DNA of 63,594 nucleotides, filler included, from Octopus bimaculoides (GCF_001194135.2; 7 parts of 5 records of this genome joined end to end with filler, not necessarily neighbours in it), one strand, 5' to 3'; positions 12,151 to 25,238 are shown, counted from the whole stretch's first letter. Program-made: numbers and translations. Notes: generated from the sequence alone by a model not told the origin.

Positions 12151-14612
12151 GTCACACACACACACACGCACATGCGTACATATAAGGTATTTGGGCTAAA
12201 TTTGTTGAATTTTTTATGTTTCGTTTTCTCAAGAACTTTATGTATTGGTAGGCAGTCAATTGTGTTGGGGAGCATAAAGATTGAAACTAGTTCAGAAAAA
12301 GTTAGCTGACATGAAGGACTGAAAGCCATGTCGATACAGAAAAAGAGTCGCTTCCATCATAATGATTTTCAGCAGGTATCGAAATGCTGACACCATGAAT
12401 GCTGCTCAATGCTCTGCAAACACTGTAAAGACTGTAAAACATGACATGGACATCTGCAGTGGTGCTTTTTATGTTCCACCAGCACAGGAGCCAGTCAGGC
12501 AGACCTGGCATTGACCATGTTCGGATGGTGCTTTTTATGTACTACTGGCATGGGAGCCAGTCAGGGTATACTGGCTTCGACCATGTTCGGATCTGTTAAT
12601 ATATAAAGATATCTGTGGAATCAGCAAGAATCAATGTTGCTGAAGTAACACTGAAAGTATGTGTATGTCACATTTTGGTTTTTGAACATCAAAATTAATT
12701 AGAGCTGAGACACAAGAGTTGGTCCTACAAAGCAAATGCTATGCTTTCATGCTGTGCAGTTGGTTGTATATGACTGCAAATAAGAAGTATGACTATGAAT
12801 TTACCAACAAGATATGTACTCATGTAATTTCAATCTTGCAATGAAGTTAGTGTCATAATTACACTTAATGAATTTAATAGACATCATTATATTTAAAACC
12901 ATAATCAATGAAAAAAAATCATTAGGTTTAATGATAATTCACTGAAAGAAAGTCAAGGGAGATAACTATTTATGAAAAATTGTAAAGATGAGAGAGACAG
13001 ACAGAGAGAGAGAGAGACAGACAGAGAGAGACAGACAGAGAGAGAGAGAGAGGAAGAGAGTGAGGAAGAGAGAGAGGAAGAAAGAGGTATTCATGTTTTA
13101 GTCCTATTAGACCTCCACGGTAAAGCATAAATCTTATTCATATTTTACTAGACATTGGAATAACTGATAAGATAATGATTTTGAGTGAATATTAGTTAGA
13201 AATGTGAGTAGCTTCCAGGAGTTCTAGCTAACTTTATCTATTTAAATGTTATATGATAATAAGACAGGTATGACAAATAATACATATGTGAGAATGTTAG
13301 CGAAGGGGAATCAGTGAAGTTAATATATATGTAGTGAGTTATATGTTTCCATGTGACAGGATATTAAGCTGTCAACACACATGGTGTTATTTACAAATAC
13401 ACTGGAGTGAGGAGAGAGAAAGTGGAGATTCAGCAGTATATGAAGAGAAAGAGAGAGTGTGAAAAAGGAAAAGAGAGCAAGACACATCTGAAGAAAGAGA
13501 GAAATATTGATATAGTGAATTTCTGAAAACAAAAAAGTAGAGTAGAGACAATTATAATATTCTCTCTCTCTCTCTTAGTAGATGCGTGGGTGTGTGTCTA
13601 TATGTATGTGTATATATACATATGTATGCATATATATATATATATATANNNNNNNNNNNNNNNNNNNNNNNNNNNNNNNNNNNNNNNNNNNNNNNNNNNN
13701 NNNNNNNNNNNNNNNNNNNNNNNNNNNNNNNNNNNNNNNNNNNNNNNNNNNNNNNNNNNNNNNNNNNNNNNNNNNNNNNNNNNNNNNNNNNNNNNNNNNN
13801 NNNNNNNNNNNNNNNNNNNNNNNNNNNNNNNNNNNNNNNNNNNNNNNNNNNNNNNNNNNNNNNNNNNNNNNNNNNNNNNNNNNNNNNNNNNNNNNNNNNN
13901 NNNNNNNNNNNNNNNNNNNNNNNNNNNNNNNNNNNNNNNNNNNNNNNNNNNNNNNNNNNNNNNNNNNNNNNNNNNNNNNNNNNNNNNNNNNNNNNNNNNN
14001 NNNNNNNNNNNNNNNNNNNNNNNNNNNNNNNNNNNNNNNNNNNNNNNNNNNNNNNNNNNNNNNNNNNNNNNNNNNNNNNNNNNNNNNNNNNNNNNNNNNN
14101 NNNNNNNNNNNNNNNNNNNNNNNNNNNNNNNNNNNNNNNNNNNNNNNNNNNNNNNNNNNNNNNNNNNNNNNNNNNNNNNNNNNNNNNNNNNNNNNNNNNN
14201 NNNNNNNNNNNNNNNNNNNNNNNNNNNNNNNNNNNNNNNNNNNNNNNNNNNNNNNNNNNNNNNNNNNNNNNNNNNNNNNNNNNNNNNNNNNNNNNNNNNN
14301 NNNNNNNNNNNNNNNNNNNNNNNNNNNNNNNNNNNNNNNATATATATATATATATAGGTATGTATGTATGTATGTATGTATGTATGTATATATGTATATA
14401 TGTATGTATGTATGCATGTATATATACATATACTAATGAACAGGTGATGATGATGGCCTGCTACATGAATGAGAGTTGTTATGCTAAAATATTTCTATGT
14501 AGTTGGTTCATGAGATTAAAATTTACAAAATATTGCTAAAGAAATATGATTTTGCTGTTTCATAAACTCTTTGCAGTTCTGAATTATGCAAACATTATGG
14601 ATGCACAGATAT

Positions 14613-15900
14613 GAGGGATTGGTCAAAATAATTGAAATACCTTATTAAATGGAAATTTTATTGCTTAATATGGAGTTCGTCCACTTCTGGCATCAATCAC
14701 AGCTTTAACATGTTGAGGAATTGATTTGTACATGTTCTGACTGGTTGTTAAGGTAATTTGGAGCCATTATTTAAGCAAAACCTGCTTTAGCTCTTTCAGC
14801 AATGGTGGCAAAGTTAAATGGATCTTCACTTGACATGCTAAAATGCACCATAATTTTCAGTTATATTAAGATACAGTGATTTTGAAGATGAATACTAGTG
14901 CTCTGTTTCACTTTTTGTGCTCTTTATGCCAATATTGATTTAAATTAGATATATGAATAAAGGCATTATTGTCCTGGAAGATTGTGCTACTATCAGGGAA
15001 AAATGTAATTTGGGATAAACAAGATCAGCCAAAATACTAAGACAGGGTTAGTGCCTGATTTCGGCATTGAGTGTTATACAAATGCCAGAACTGGATGTTA
15101 TTGTACTGTAGTAAATGTACCATCAACTCTTTTTAAATTCCAGACTAGGTATTGCAATAGTCTAGGGTTCAAAGGCCTTCTTCAATGCCCTGCCACAAAA
15201 ATTAAGAAATTTACATAATGTGGACATAGATGTCTTCAAAAAGGAACTAGACATCCCCTTATCCACAATACCAGATGAACCAACAGTCTGGCATGAGACA
15301 CAGACAAGGGTGGTTGAATCAAATTCCCTCATACACCGAATGGGCCAACAGCTGGGACAAAGGCACATACAGGAGTGGTGATGTAAAATCCCCCAGCCTG
15401 AGGAAGTCAGCAAGACCATGGTGGTGCTCAAGCATGACCACAGCAACATTGCTAAAATAAATAAATAAATAAAAGAATAATACTTGGTATCAATTCTGAT
15501 ATGAAGAATGACTAATGGGTTCAGAGAATTCTGTGTTATAGCAACCCAGATCATCACCGAATCATCTCCATGCGCCACAGTACTGGCCAAACAGAGTTGA
15601 AAGCTTCTTTAGGTTGTCTCCAGTCATAAATTCACCTTGAAGTGGGGAAAAGAGTGAATGATGACCCATCATTGATGATAACATTGGTCCATTGACCCAT
15701 TGACCACTGCTAATTATTTAGACACAATGTTTTTCTTTTCACTTAGTATTGTTGGGGACAGGAAAGATTTATCAATTGCTATCCTTGTATGGTATCCAGC
15801 TTTATGGAGAGAATGATAAATGGTTTTGCTTGGCACAGCAGGGTTGGTAAGGTGGTTGTTTAACTCTGCTGTCACTTTTGCTGCTGTAATTTGATAACCC
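14613..15900 (-). mobile_element. Decayed Tc1-type transposon interrupted by a LINE fragment
   Basis: Minus-strand peptides STVAHGDDSVMIWVAI, IFQDNNAFIH, SLYLNITEN, ELKQVLLK..IPQHVKAVIDA. TIR-like end agggattggtcaaaataattgaaatacc near 14613. Confidence 0.8.
15050..15478 (+). mobile_element. CR1-group (L2/Crack/Daphne-like) LINE 3' fragment nested in the Tc1 relic
   Basis: GLVPDFGIECYTNARTG..TRYCNSLGFK..FNALPQKLRNLHNVDIDVFKKELDI..STIPDEP, then an (AAAT)n tail. Confidence 0.75.
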
Positions 15901-15949
15901 TTAAATACAATATGTATTACAATTAAAATTGTGAGCTTTTATTTTTATT

Positions 15950-16690
15950 ATTCTTTTACTTGTTTCACTCATTTGACTGGAGCTATGCTGGAGCACCACA
16001 TTGAAGGGCTTTAAGTCAAGCAAATCGACTCAAGGAGTTATATCTCAAGCCTAGTACTTATTCTGCCAGTCTCTTTTGCTGAACTGCTAAGTTACACATA
16101 CATAAACACACCAGCCCCCATTGTCAAGCAGTGATGCGGGGACAAACACAGACAAAAAGACACACCCACATAGGATCTTTGTCTTGCAAGTTACTTGGTA
16201 ACCCTACCAGTGCTGATGCCATGTAAAAAAGCATCCAGTCCACACTGTAAAGTGGCTGGCATTTGGAAGGGCATCCAGCAGTTAAACCCTTATCAAAACT
16301 GACCTTGCCTGTGTTTGTGCCATGCAAAAAGCACTCAGTCCACTCTGCTGGGTGGTTGGTGTTAGGAAGGGCATCCAGTCATAAACACCTTGCCAAAACA
16401 GACTCAGATGTCTGGTGCAAGCTCCTGCCTGGCCAGCTCTTGTCAAATCATCCAAGCTATGCCAACATGGAAGGTGGATATTAAATGATGATGGTGATGA
16501 TGGTGAGGATATATGTATATTTATATACAACAGACTTCTTTCGGTCTCTGTCTACCGAATCCACTCACAAGGCTTTGGTTGGCCCGAGGCTATAGTACAA
16601 GACACTTGTCCAAGATGCCATGCAGTGGGACTGAAACCAGAACCATGTGGTTGGGGAAGCAAGCTTCTTACTACACAGCCTATGCTTGTC
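15950..16690 (-). mobile_element. SINE family A split by RTE-tail elements (16160-16500, + strand)
   Basis: Family A 3' half at 15950-16155 and 5' half at 16510-16690. The insert carries two aggaagggcatccag motifs and a (GAT)n end. Confidence 0.75.
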
Positions 16691-17519
16691 ATAACTGGCT
16701 TTTACCCTGGTTTTGGAATGCCAACAAGGACATCGTTTTAAAGACTGTACCTTTGGAAATATTAAAGAGTACAGCAGTTTTAGTGGCTGAAGTTCCATCC
16801 AGCCATGCTTCAACCGTCTGTCTTCTTTGGAAATGAGATGAGTTCCATATTTTAACTTATGTAAATATGNNNNNNNNNNTGAGATGAGTTCCATATTTTA
16901 ACTTATGTAAATATGAATATCTGCACCCACCACCAAAAAAAAAAAAAGAAAAGAAAAAGACCTGGAGGGCCATATCATGAAGTACAAGGTATTCATAATG
17001 CATATGAACACATATATACAAACCAAAACATTTTTTGAATCCATCATATGACCAAGTGAAAAAATAGTTAAATGAAAAGTGATTTTTTTTCCCCATTATT
17101 TTGTTCCAACTCCTTTATATTCATTCACATGTATGTAGATGTACATGTGTATGTCCATGTTATATAATTGTATGTGTGTAATGAATATAAAATAAAAGTT
17201 TGGTATTTAAAGGAATGAGTTTTGGATCTGATTTCATTTCATATTAACTGCCATAATGATAAACAAAACAACAAACACATAATGACTTTTTGAAATAAGA
17301 AGAAATTTTCATGTGTTTTTATGTAAGTGTGTATTTATGTCTATTCGTAACTACTTGACAGAGTAGCTTGACAAGGGTACACAGAGACACCTATTCAAAT
17401 TTAATAAATCTAAACCAGTTGGGAAATGTAGATCCATTTCAACCTGCAGATTAAGTATTCAAGTTATTACAGCTAAACACATATATGTTAGTTGTAGAGT
17501 ATATGCATGTACATGTAGT

Positions 17520-17840
17520 GTTAAAACTGGCTCTCCATTGGTTATGATGTAAGGGTTCTAATTGATCTGATCAATGGAGCAGCCTGCTTGTGAAATTAAC
17601 ATGCAAGTGGCAGAGTACTCCACACACACCTGTGTACCATTAACATAGTTCTCAGGGAGATTCAATGTGATACAGAGTGTGACAAAGCTGGCCTTTCAAA
17701 ATACAAGCACTGCACTGGTTTGGCAGCTGAGCGGACTGGAGCAATGTGAAATAAAGTGTGAAATGAAGCACTGCTGGAAACTGAACTCACGACCTTACGA
17801 TTGTGAGCCAAATAGCCCTAACTACTAAGCCATGTGCCAT
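17520..17840 (-). mobile_element. SINE family B, decayed
   Basis: Reverse complement of the 6240-6562 element: tail, central domain and tRNA head. Confidence 0.75.
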
Positions 17841-18629
17841 CACACATGTAGTGTACATTAATTACTTAAGAATAAAATAAAAGAATTAGAAGGATTTACT
17901 GCAAAAAGTAATTCAGACACACATACTCATGTGTGGTAAAGGAACTTTACAACCATGTTCTTTTTAGCTTACTCTCACAACACCACATTTTGAGCAAATG
18001 TCTTCTATCAAAGTCCTGAACCGACCAGTGCTGTAGGAGGGAACAAAAGCAAAAAGTGACAATATAGGCAGGAGAATATTAGTTTAACTAGTGGGCCTTG
18101 TGCCATCAAAAGTGACGGATAATTGTAATATTTTATATATAAATAAGGTACAAAGCCAAGATTTTCATTTAATAATTCTTTTATTACCAAATGTATAATA
18201 TACCTTTCAACTGCAGTCGTTTTATATTCTTGATACACTCAGGCAGTAATTATTTTCTCTAAAGAGTTTGTATATGTTTGTGTAGGTGTACGTGTGTGTG
18301 ATTGTAATAATTATTTTCAACAAAACAGACAAAATATGAATGATAAATCAAATTAATACACTTGTCAATGTTATCTCGTGGTTGTCATTTGAGACGTGAC
18401 ATCAATCATTGTTTGTTACTGAAAGAACGCTGATTCAAACATACATACATTCACATACTTCCCTTGCACATGCACACACATACACACATATACTCACACA
18501 GAGTTGAAACACTGTTTGATTTTGATTTTTCGCAGTAGAATTTCCATCACCCCACTACCAGTTTGCTCTCACTCCTTTCTCATTCATATGTCTCCCTTCC
18601 TTTCTCATTCATATGTCATGACGGAGAAA

Positions 18630-18720
18630 AACACAAGAGCATTATTATTGTAGATACTTAAAAGAGTTAGGAAAGTTTTTTACATTTTAGACTCTAGTCC
18701 TTCATCAGATGAAAAGTTAG
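18630..18720 (-). mobile_element. Penelope-like terminal repeat relic with decayed hammerhead motif
   Basis: Minus strand CTGATGA-aggac-tag-agtc-TAAAATGT; TAAAATGT is CGAAACGT after CpG deamination. Confidence 0.55.
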
Positions 18721-19919
18721 GAGGAAAGTAAAAGAGAGTGTAAAAGAGGAAATTTAGTTGTGAAGAGAAGAGAGAAAAACAGATGATGGGTTAGGGGCCA
18801 GGGGGCAATGTGGAGGATGTTGACTTAAATAGGAACGATTGGGAAGGTCTGTGTGTGTGTGTGTGTAGAAGTGTGTGCAAGTACAGAATTATAGGAGTGT
18901 AATTAGTGGGGATGTGGGATGTTGGTGTATGCATGTAATTGCTAAGTGCTTGAGGAAAGCATGGAAGTAAGGAGGTTAAAGGGTATGAGTGAGTGTATGG
19001 TAAAAAGGGAAGGTGAGAGGATTGCATGGGGTGTGTGTGTGTGATAGAAATGTATGTAAGTGTATAGGTGTGGGGTGTTGTAATATTGAAGAAAGTTATG
19101 AACAAGAGAGAAGGAATTAAATACAATATAACACAGTTGCAAGAAAAAATTTTCAGTTCTGTGAAGGAGAAAAAAATTAGAGAGATAAATGAAGGGGCAA
19201 GAGAAATGTGCTAGAGGTGAAAATAAAGTATATAAAATGGAAGGGAATAAATGAAAAATCTAAATATGAGATAAATGAACAAGTGAGTTCAGGCATAAAA
19301 AAGAAGTAGAAGAAAGATTCAGAGAAAATAGATGAAAAATTGGAAAATCATCTGCAAGTGACATTCCTTGTTGACATTAAATCTTTATTTCTAGATTTAT
19401 AAAAAGATCATTTCATGAAATAAAATTGAAATTTGAAACTGAATCTCTGTCATTTCACATAGCAGTATGGTTGTATAGTTATGTAGTTTACTTCACAAAC
19501 TTGTAGTTTCAGGTTGTCTCCTACAATAACCCAGGGCTGACCAATGCTTTAGGAGTGAATTGACAGATAAAAATTATGTAGAAGTCTGTTGTCTCTACAT
19601 GAAAATGTATATGAATGTGGTGTATGTGAGCCTTTGTGTTTGGTATGTCCACAACAGTTATTACTTGACAAAAACTGTATTGGTTTATTTGGGTCATTGT
19701 GTGTGACTTGTGATTGTGTTTTTCCTCAGCCCACTAATTGATGACTTGTACTGGTTTATTAGCAGTTTGCCAAAAATGACTGAATGAGTACCAGACTTAA
19801 AATAAATATGGAATTGATTGATTTCTTCAACTAAACTTACAAGGTAGTGCTCTAGCATGGCTGAAATTCGATAACCGAATCAAATAAGAGTGTCAAAAGG
19901 TAAAAACGTACTCTCTCAC

Positions 19920-20023
19920 CATTTCTTGAGTCTGCTTTGAAGAGGAAATATATTTTTCTCAGTATTGTCATTGGCATATGAGGGTCCCCTCATATGATCA
20001 TTTAAAATAAAATATGAAGTACT
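19920..20023 (-). CDS. Candidate internal coding exon (STSYFILNDHMRGPSYANDNTEKNIFPLQSRLKK), product unknown
   Basis: cttctttttcag acceptor, 104 nt open in one frame only, gtgaga donor. Confidence 0.4.
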
Positions 20024-20251
20024 CTGAAAAAGAAGCCTTGCTGTTGGAAAATCAGAAAAAGTCGTGAAATACAAATCTGCTAAACAAATGGTTCCAAATA
20101 GACTATTGATAAAACTGGTCTGCCTCAATAAAACAGTTTTATTGGAAAGTGTAAAAGGTTTTTATTGTCCTGAGGATAATTCAGATATAGTAACTAGGTA
20201 GAATTTTGATTAAAAAATGCTTGCAGTATTTATCAATATGAAACAGTTGGC

Positions 20252-20323
<72 letters not shown>

Positions 20324-21822
20324 CACACAGACATGCATGTGTGTGTGTGTATACACACATAGACACCCACACACACATACATACATGCATACATACATAC
20401 AAGCAGCAGCTATTGTAATAATTTTCAACTTGTAGATAAAGATGATTTATTTTTATTTTTCCTTAGTACCAACATTGCTATCATTGTTGTTATGCATCTC
20501 CCAAGAGCTTACACAAAAACACCGAGTTTACACCCTGTCCTTTTATTTCAGTCATATTTAAAGAAGAAATGAATTCTCCAAGATACATCTTTTCTAGTTT
20601 TTAGAAAAACTCTTGTAGCAGAACATTCTGTGCTAAAATATATCAGCCAGAAAGATGGCTTCCCATCTATCAATGCTTCGCTTAATTAGCTGCTGTATCT
20701 TTCTGACTGGGGAATTAACCAGTAAGATTCATTCTACTGTCCGATGCAGTTGGGCATTTTAAAGATAAACCAATCAAAAATATCCAACATTTCACTCCCA
20801 ATAGACTGCATTATCTGAAAACTTAGCTATCATTCAAAAATTGTCACTGGGCTATTAACAGCTGCCTAAGGAAACCATTTATTTTAATTATTTTCACTGT
20901 CAAAATCTTGCTTAATATTTTTTCTCATTTTTAAATATCATTTCTGCATTATCATAGTTAGTATTATTATTATCATCATCATCATAACAGCTACATACGT
21001 ACGTAAATACATACATGCATACATACATACTGCACATACATACACACATGTATGTATGTATGTATGTATGTATGTATGTATGTTTATATTTTAATATACT
21101 GCCCTAAGTCTATTACTGAACTCACAAGATTATTTTAGTTTTTGCATTGCATTCTATCATATATTTATTTTATATTTATCTCTTTCTCAATATTTCTTTA
21201 TTCACATTTTGTTAATAAAATTTCTCTCTTTTTTTATATCTCCCTGATAAATGTCACTGTCATTGAAAATTTCTTCCCATCTCCATAATAAAAAATAATA
21301 TTTACCTCAAATTTCACTTGTATTTTATAGTGTATTTTATATATAAGAATGAATATGCACATAAAATTGCATGTGTGTGACTGCCTTTATATACACATGC
21401 ATGTGTGTGTGCATGCGTGTGTGTGTGCATATACATATAAGTGCATGTGTGTGTGTATGTAGGCATGTGTTCGTTTGTGTGTATGCAGGCATGTGGTCGT
21501 TTGTGTGTATCCTCGTCTAGACAGCACACGATAGTTGTAAATCATACAAGCTATTTGTCTCCAGGCTTCCATGCAAAATGTCTAGTTCTGAGAAAATATT
21601 GCCTTGCTTAGGAACAGGTGAGAACTGGTGACAAGGAGGGCATCCAGCCATAAAAAATTTGATGCAAACAAATTCCATCTGAGCCATGCAAATAAGGAAA
21701 AAGCAGACAATATATATATGTATATGTATGTATGTATATACATATATACTTGCAGACATACATACGTACATCAATCCATACATATATATATACTATATAT
21801 ATATACCTAGCTTCTCTCTCTC

Positions 21823-21868
<46 letters not shown>

Positions 21869-21879
21869 GAGGCTAGGTA

Positions 21880-22285
21880 TACAAGGCATTAGATGTAGTG
21901 TGCAAGAGAGAAAACTGTGCTGGTACAGTTATATATTGTGTATGAATGAAGACAGATGAATCAAGAAGTGCCCATCTCTAGTTGTGGATGGAACATGTGG
22001 AAGGAGTAGACCCAAGAAGACATGGAACAAAGTGATGAGAAAGGAACTTCAGATGTTGGTCCTCACAGAGGTGTTGACAAGGGAACATCACTCATGTCAG
22101 TGCTATCTAAAAGCAACCAGTACACTCTGTATAGTGGTCGGTATTAAGGGAAGACATCCAACTGTAGAAACCATACCAAGGCAGTCATGAAGCCTTGGCA
22201 ACTCTTCAGCTGGCCAGCTCTTGTCAAACCATCCAACCCATGCTGGCATGGAAAACAGACGTTAAATGATGATGATGATAACGAT
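21880..22285 (+). mobile_element. RTE-clade LINE 3' end (ORF2 C-terminus, 3' UTR, (GAT)n tail)
   Basis: [45 protein letters not shown] resembles the RTE LRWFGHV..GRGRPRKTW motif. Confidence 0.8.
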
Positions 22286-22294
22286 AATAATGAT

Positions 22295-22332
<38 letters not shown>

Positions 22333-22544
22333 AGAGAAAAGAACCAAATCTAATTGAGTTTTTACCTGTAAATTTGGATTTTTNNNNNNNNNNNNNNNNN
22401 NNNNNNNNNNNNNNNNNNNNNNNNNNNTTAATTAATTAANNNNNNNNNNNNNNNNNNNNNNNNNNNNNNNNNNNNNNNNNNNNGTAAGCACATAAATGTG
22501 AAACAAGGTGGAGAAAAGAGTACTCAAATACCAGAGGTAGAGTA

Positions 22545-22703
22545 ATATGCTTTATTTAAAAGTAGCAGAAATATAACAAAAGCTGTTACTTAGTTTCACG
22601 ATCCCGTTCGTCGGATAGTTTTGTTAAAAAAACTGTCCGACGAACGGGGACGTGAAACTCTGAGTAACAGCTTTTGTTATATTTCTGCTGCTTTTAAATA
22701 AAG

Positions 22704-22708
<5 letters not shown>
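22545..22708. mobile_element. Inverted Penelope-like terminal repeat pair (about 75 bp arms)
   Basis: Near-perfect inverted repeat; each arm carries a hammerhead-like motif. Confidence 0.75.
22626..22675 (+). ncRNA. Minimal type I hammerhead-like motif with CCGACGA core
   Basis: Helix I ctgt/acag, core CCGACGA, helix II acg/cgt, GAAAC, palindromic helix III actc-t-gagt, GTA triplet. Confidence 0.6.
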
Positions 22709-22740
<32 letters not shown>

Positions 22741-23109
22741 CTGTGTGTGGGTATCCTTGTTCAAGCATCATGTGTTGGTTGTAAATGAGCATCAGGTTTG
22801 TTTTCAGTCTTCTGTGGGCCTCCCCAGGGCCTCCAGTTTGTATTTCAGAATCACCACAGCAGACTCTAATAACCTAACAGTATATCTTTTTTCTACCCTT
22901 CTGATGAGATTTTGTCTAACATGATGATTTAATAATTGCTATTTTAACTTTAGGCTTAATTGAAAGAGCTTTAAGAGACTATGTAGGATTTTTGCAGATA
23001 ATATATTTTTTCATTGAATGCTATATCTCCATTTTCTTACTTTGCTTTTGAATGATTAGATAGGTTACACACATATATACATATATATATGTATGTGTGT
23101 ATATATATA

Positions 23110-23140
<31 letters not shown>

Positions 23141-23386
23141 GCATGTATATATATATATGTGTGTGTATGTGTATATCATCATCATTGTCGTTGTTTAATG
23201 TCAATGATGATGATATGTATGTATATATATTACGTCAATGTCACCCGTGCTTATGGCACATAAAATACACCCACTACTCTCTTGGAGTTTTCACACACAC
23301 ACCTCAAATGCAAATTAATGTGTATGAGTATATCTATAGGTGTATGTGTGTTTATGTATATGTATTTTATATAGATGTATATAGTG

Positions 23387-23475
<89 letters not shown>

Positions 23476-23569
23476 GTATGTATATAGTGTATGTATTTTA
23501 TATAGATGTATATCAGGATGTTGAGACTTAGGAAGGAAATGATAACAAGCTGATGCAATACTGGTTTGA

Positions 23570-23715
23570 ATTAATTCTGCTGAGGTTGACTTTGCCTTTC
23601 ATCCTTTCGGAGTTGATAAATTAAGTACCAGTTGCGTACTGAGGTCGGTCTAATCGACTGACCCCCACCTCCTTAAACATTTCGGGTCTTATGCTTTGAG
23701 TAGAAAAGACTACTG
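23570..23715 (+). mobile_element. SINE family C, 3' part
   Basis: gaggttgactttgcctttcatcctttcgg...gataaattaagtaccagt...gtcggtctaatcgact. Confidence 0.8.
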
Positions 23716-23884
23716 TTTTGAACCTATTCCCTGGTGGAAGCATGACTCATAATGGAGAATTTGTGAATGAGTGTGTGTGTGTGTGTGTCTATATTCTCTT
23801 GTCTACTTATATTGATCTTAGCAGTGAAGTTCTGTATCCTTCTTGCTAACTGAGGTTTTTTTCTCTAGTTGAAAAGTTATAGTT

Positions 23885-24050
23885 AGGCACTGGTGTGGCT
23901 GTGCAGTTAGGAGCTTGCTTTCCAACCACATGGGTCCAGGTTCAATCCCACTGCATGGAACCTTGGGCAAGTGTCTTATACTATAGCCTTGTGCTGACCA
24001 AAGCTTTGTGAGGGGGTATGGTAGGCTGAAACTAAAAGAAGCCTGTTGTA
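23885..24050 (+). mobile_element. SINE family A, 5' half
   Basis: tRNA head plus CORE-like domain running into a microsatellite and gap. Confidence 0.8.
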
Positions 24051-24187
24051 TATCTATCTATCTATCTATATACATATATATATATATNNNNNNNNNNNNN
24101 NNNNNNNNNNNNNNNNNNNNNNNNNNNNNNNNNNNNNNNNNNNNNNNNNNNNNNNNNNNNNNNNNNNNNNNNNNNNNNNNNNNNNNN

Positions 24188-24221
<34 letters not shown>

Positions 24222-24867
24222 GAGAATTTACGAGCTATTTAATTCACTGTGTGAGCATATGTGCCCCAAACAACACATGTGCATAAGCTTATATCTTTGT
24301 GGATGTTTGTACAAGTGAGTGTACATGCACCATGCAACCTAAATGAGGGTGTTTATACACCTATATCCTCTTAACAGTTATATTTAATACTTTTTTCGCT
24401 GTATTGTGTATTTGTTACTTTATACATCTGTTATTTACCGTTGATCTTGTATAAAAATGAAGTTGTATCCTTTAATTTGCTGCTTTCCTATACACAAACT
24501 GAGAAGGTATCTTGTGGAACAGCCGTTATTTTGATGGGATACACCTGTAATCACCTGAAGAGACACATTTACACCATTGGATACTCCTAAACCAGTTGCT
24601 AAGTATCCCACACGTGAGGGATTGATGCTAGATGGGTCGAAATAATTGTAGTGATTGATAAGCATTCTAGTACCTTCTAGTCTCATTATTCAAATATATA
24701 TATATATATTTGAAAGTCTATGAAGATTACTTAATACAGTTTTTGAAGTGTAAAGGTGATTTTAAAAAAAAATTGTTCGGAAAAAAAAATGTTATGAAAT
24801 CTTTTATGAGGATGTTATTAACCTGTTTTGGGAAGATTTTCTTCCAGTATGTAAGCACTTTCATATA

Positions 24868-25128
24868 CAGGGTTGGACAAAATAATGGGAACACCTAGCA
24901 TCATAGCATCATAATTTTGAAATATCTATAAAACCGTCAAAAGCTTGTTTATTTTTATGTTTTTTTTTATTTATTATTAGCGTTGCTTAATATGTTTTGC
25001 TAAAATTGCTGTTTCTTTTCAAATACTATCAGAAAAGATCTTTCAGACCTTCAAAGGCAGTCCTACTCTATATCAAAATAAATTTGTTTGAAATTTTCAG
25101 GTGTTTCCATTATTTTGTCCAGTCCCTG
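24868..25128. mobile_element. Tc1/mariner MITE
   Basis: About 29 bp TIRs cagggttggacaaaataatgggaacacct / aggtgtttccattattttgtccagtccctg; TA on the left, TT on the right. Confidence 0.85.
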
Positions 25129-25238
25129 TTTGTGTGTGTGAAGTCCCCTCACTACTGTTTGATAATCGGTGCTCAGTCAGTAATTCATATATCTGAAAAG
25201 AAGCACATTCTAAAACATTAAAGCGATAGTATATTTAG

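Noticed and set aside
13575-14539. Long ORFs spanning N runs or made of YI/CV/TH/SL repeats throughout the track
   Set aside because: Translation of gaps and dinucleotide microsatellites.
16832-16914. Direct duplications flanking short gaps (also 38835-38911 vs 39020-39095, and 51895-51944 vs 51955-52004)
   Set aside because: Near-identical copies on either side of about 10 Ns indicate unmerged contig overlaps or haplotypes.
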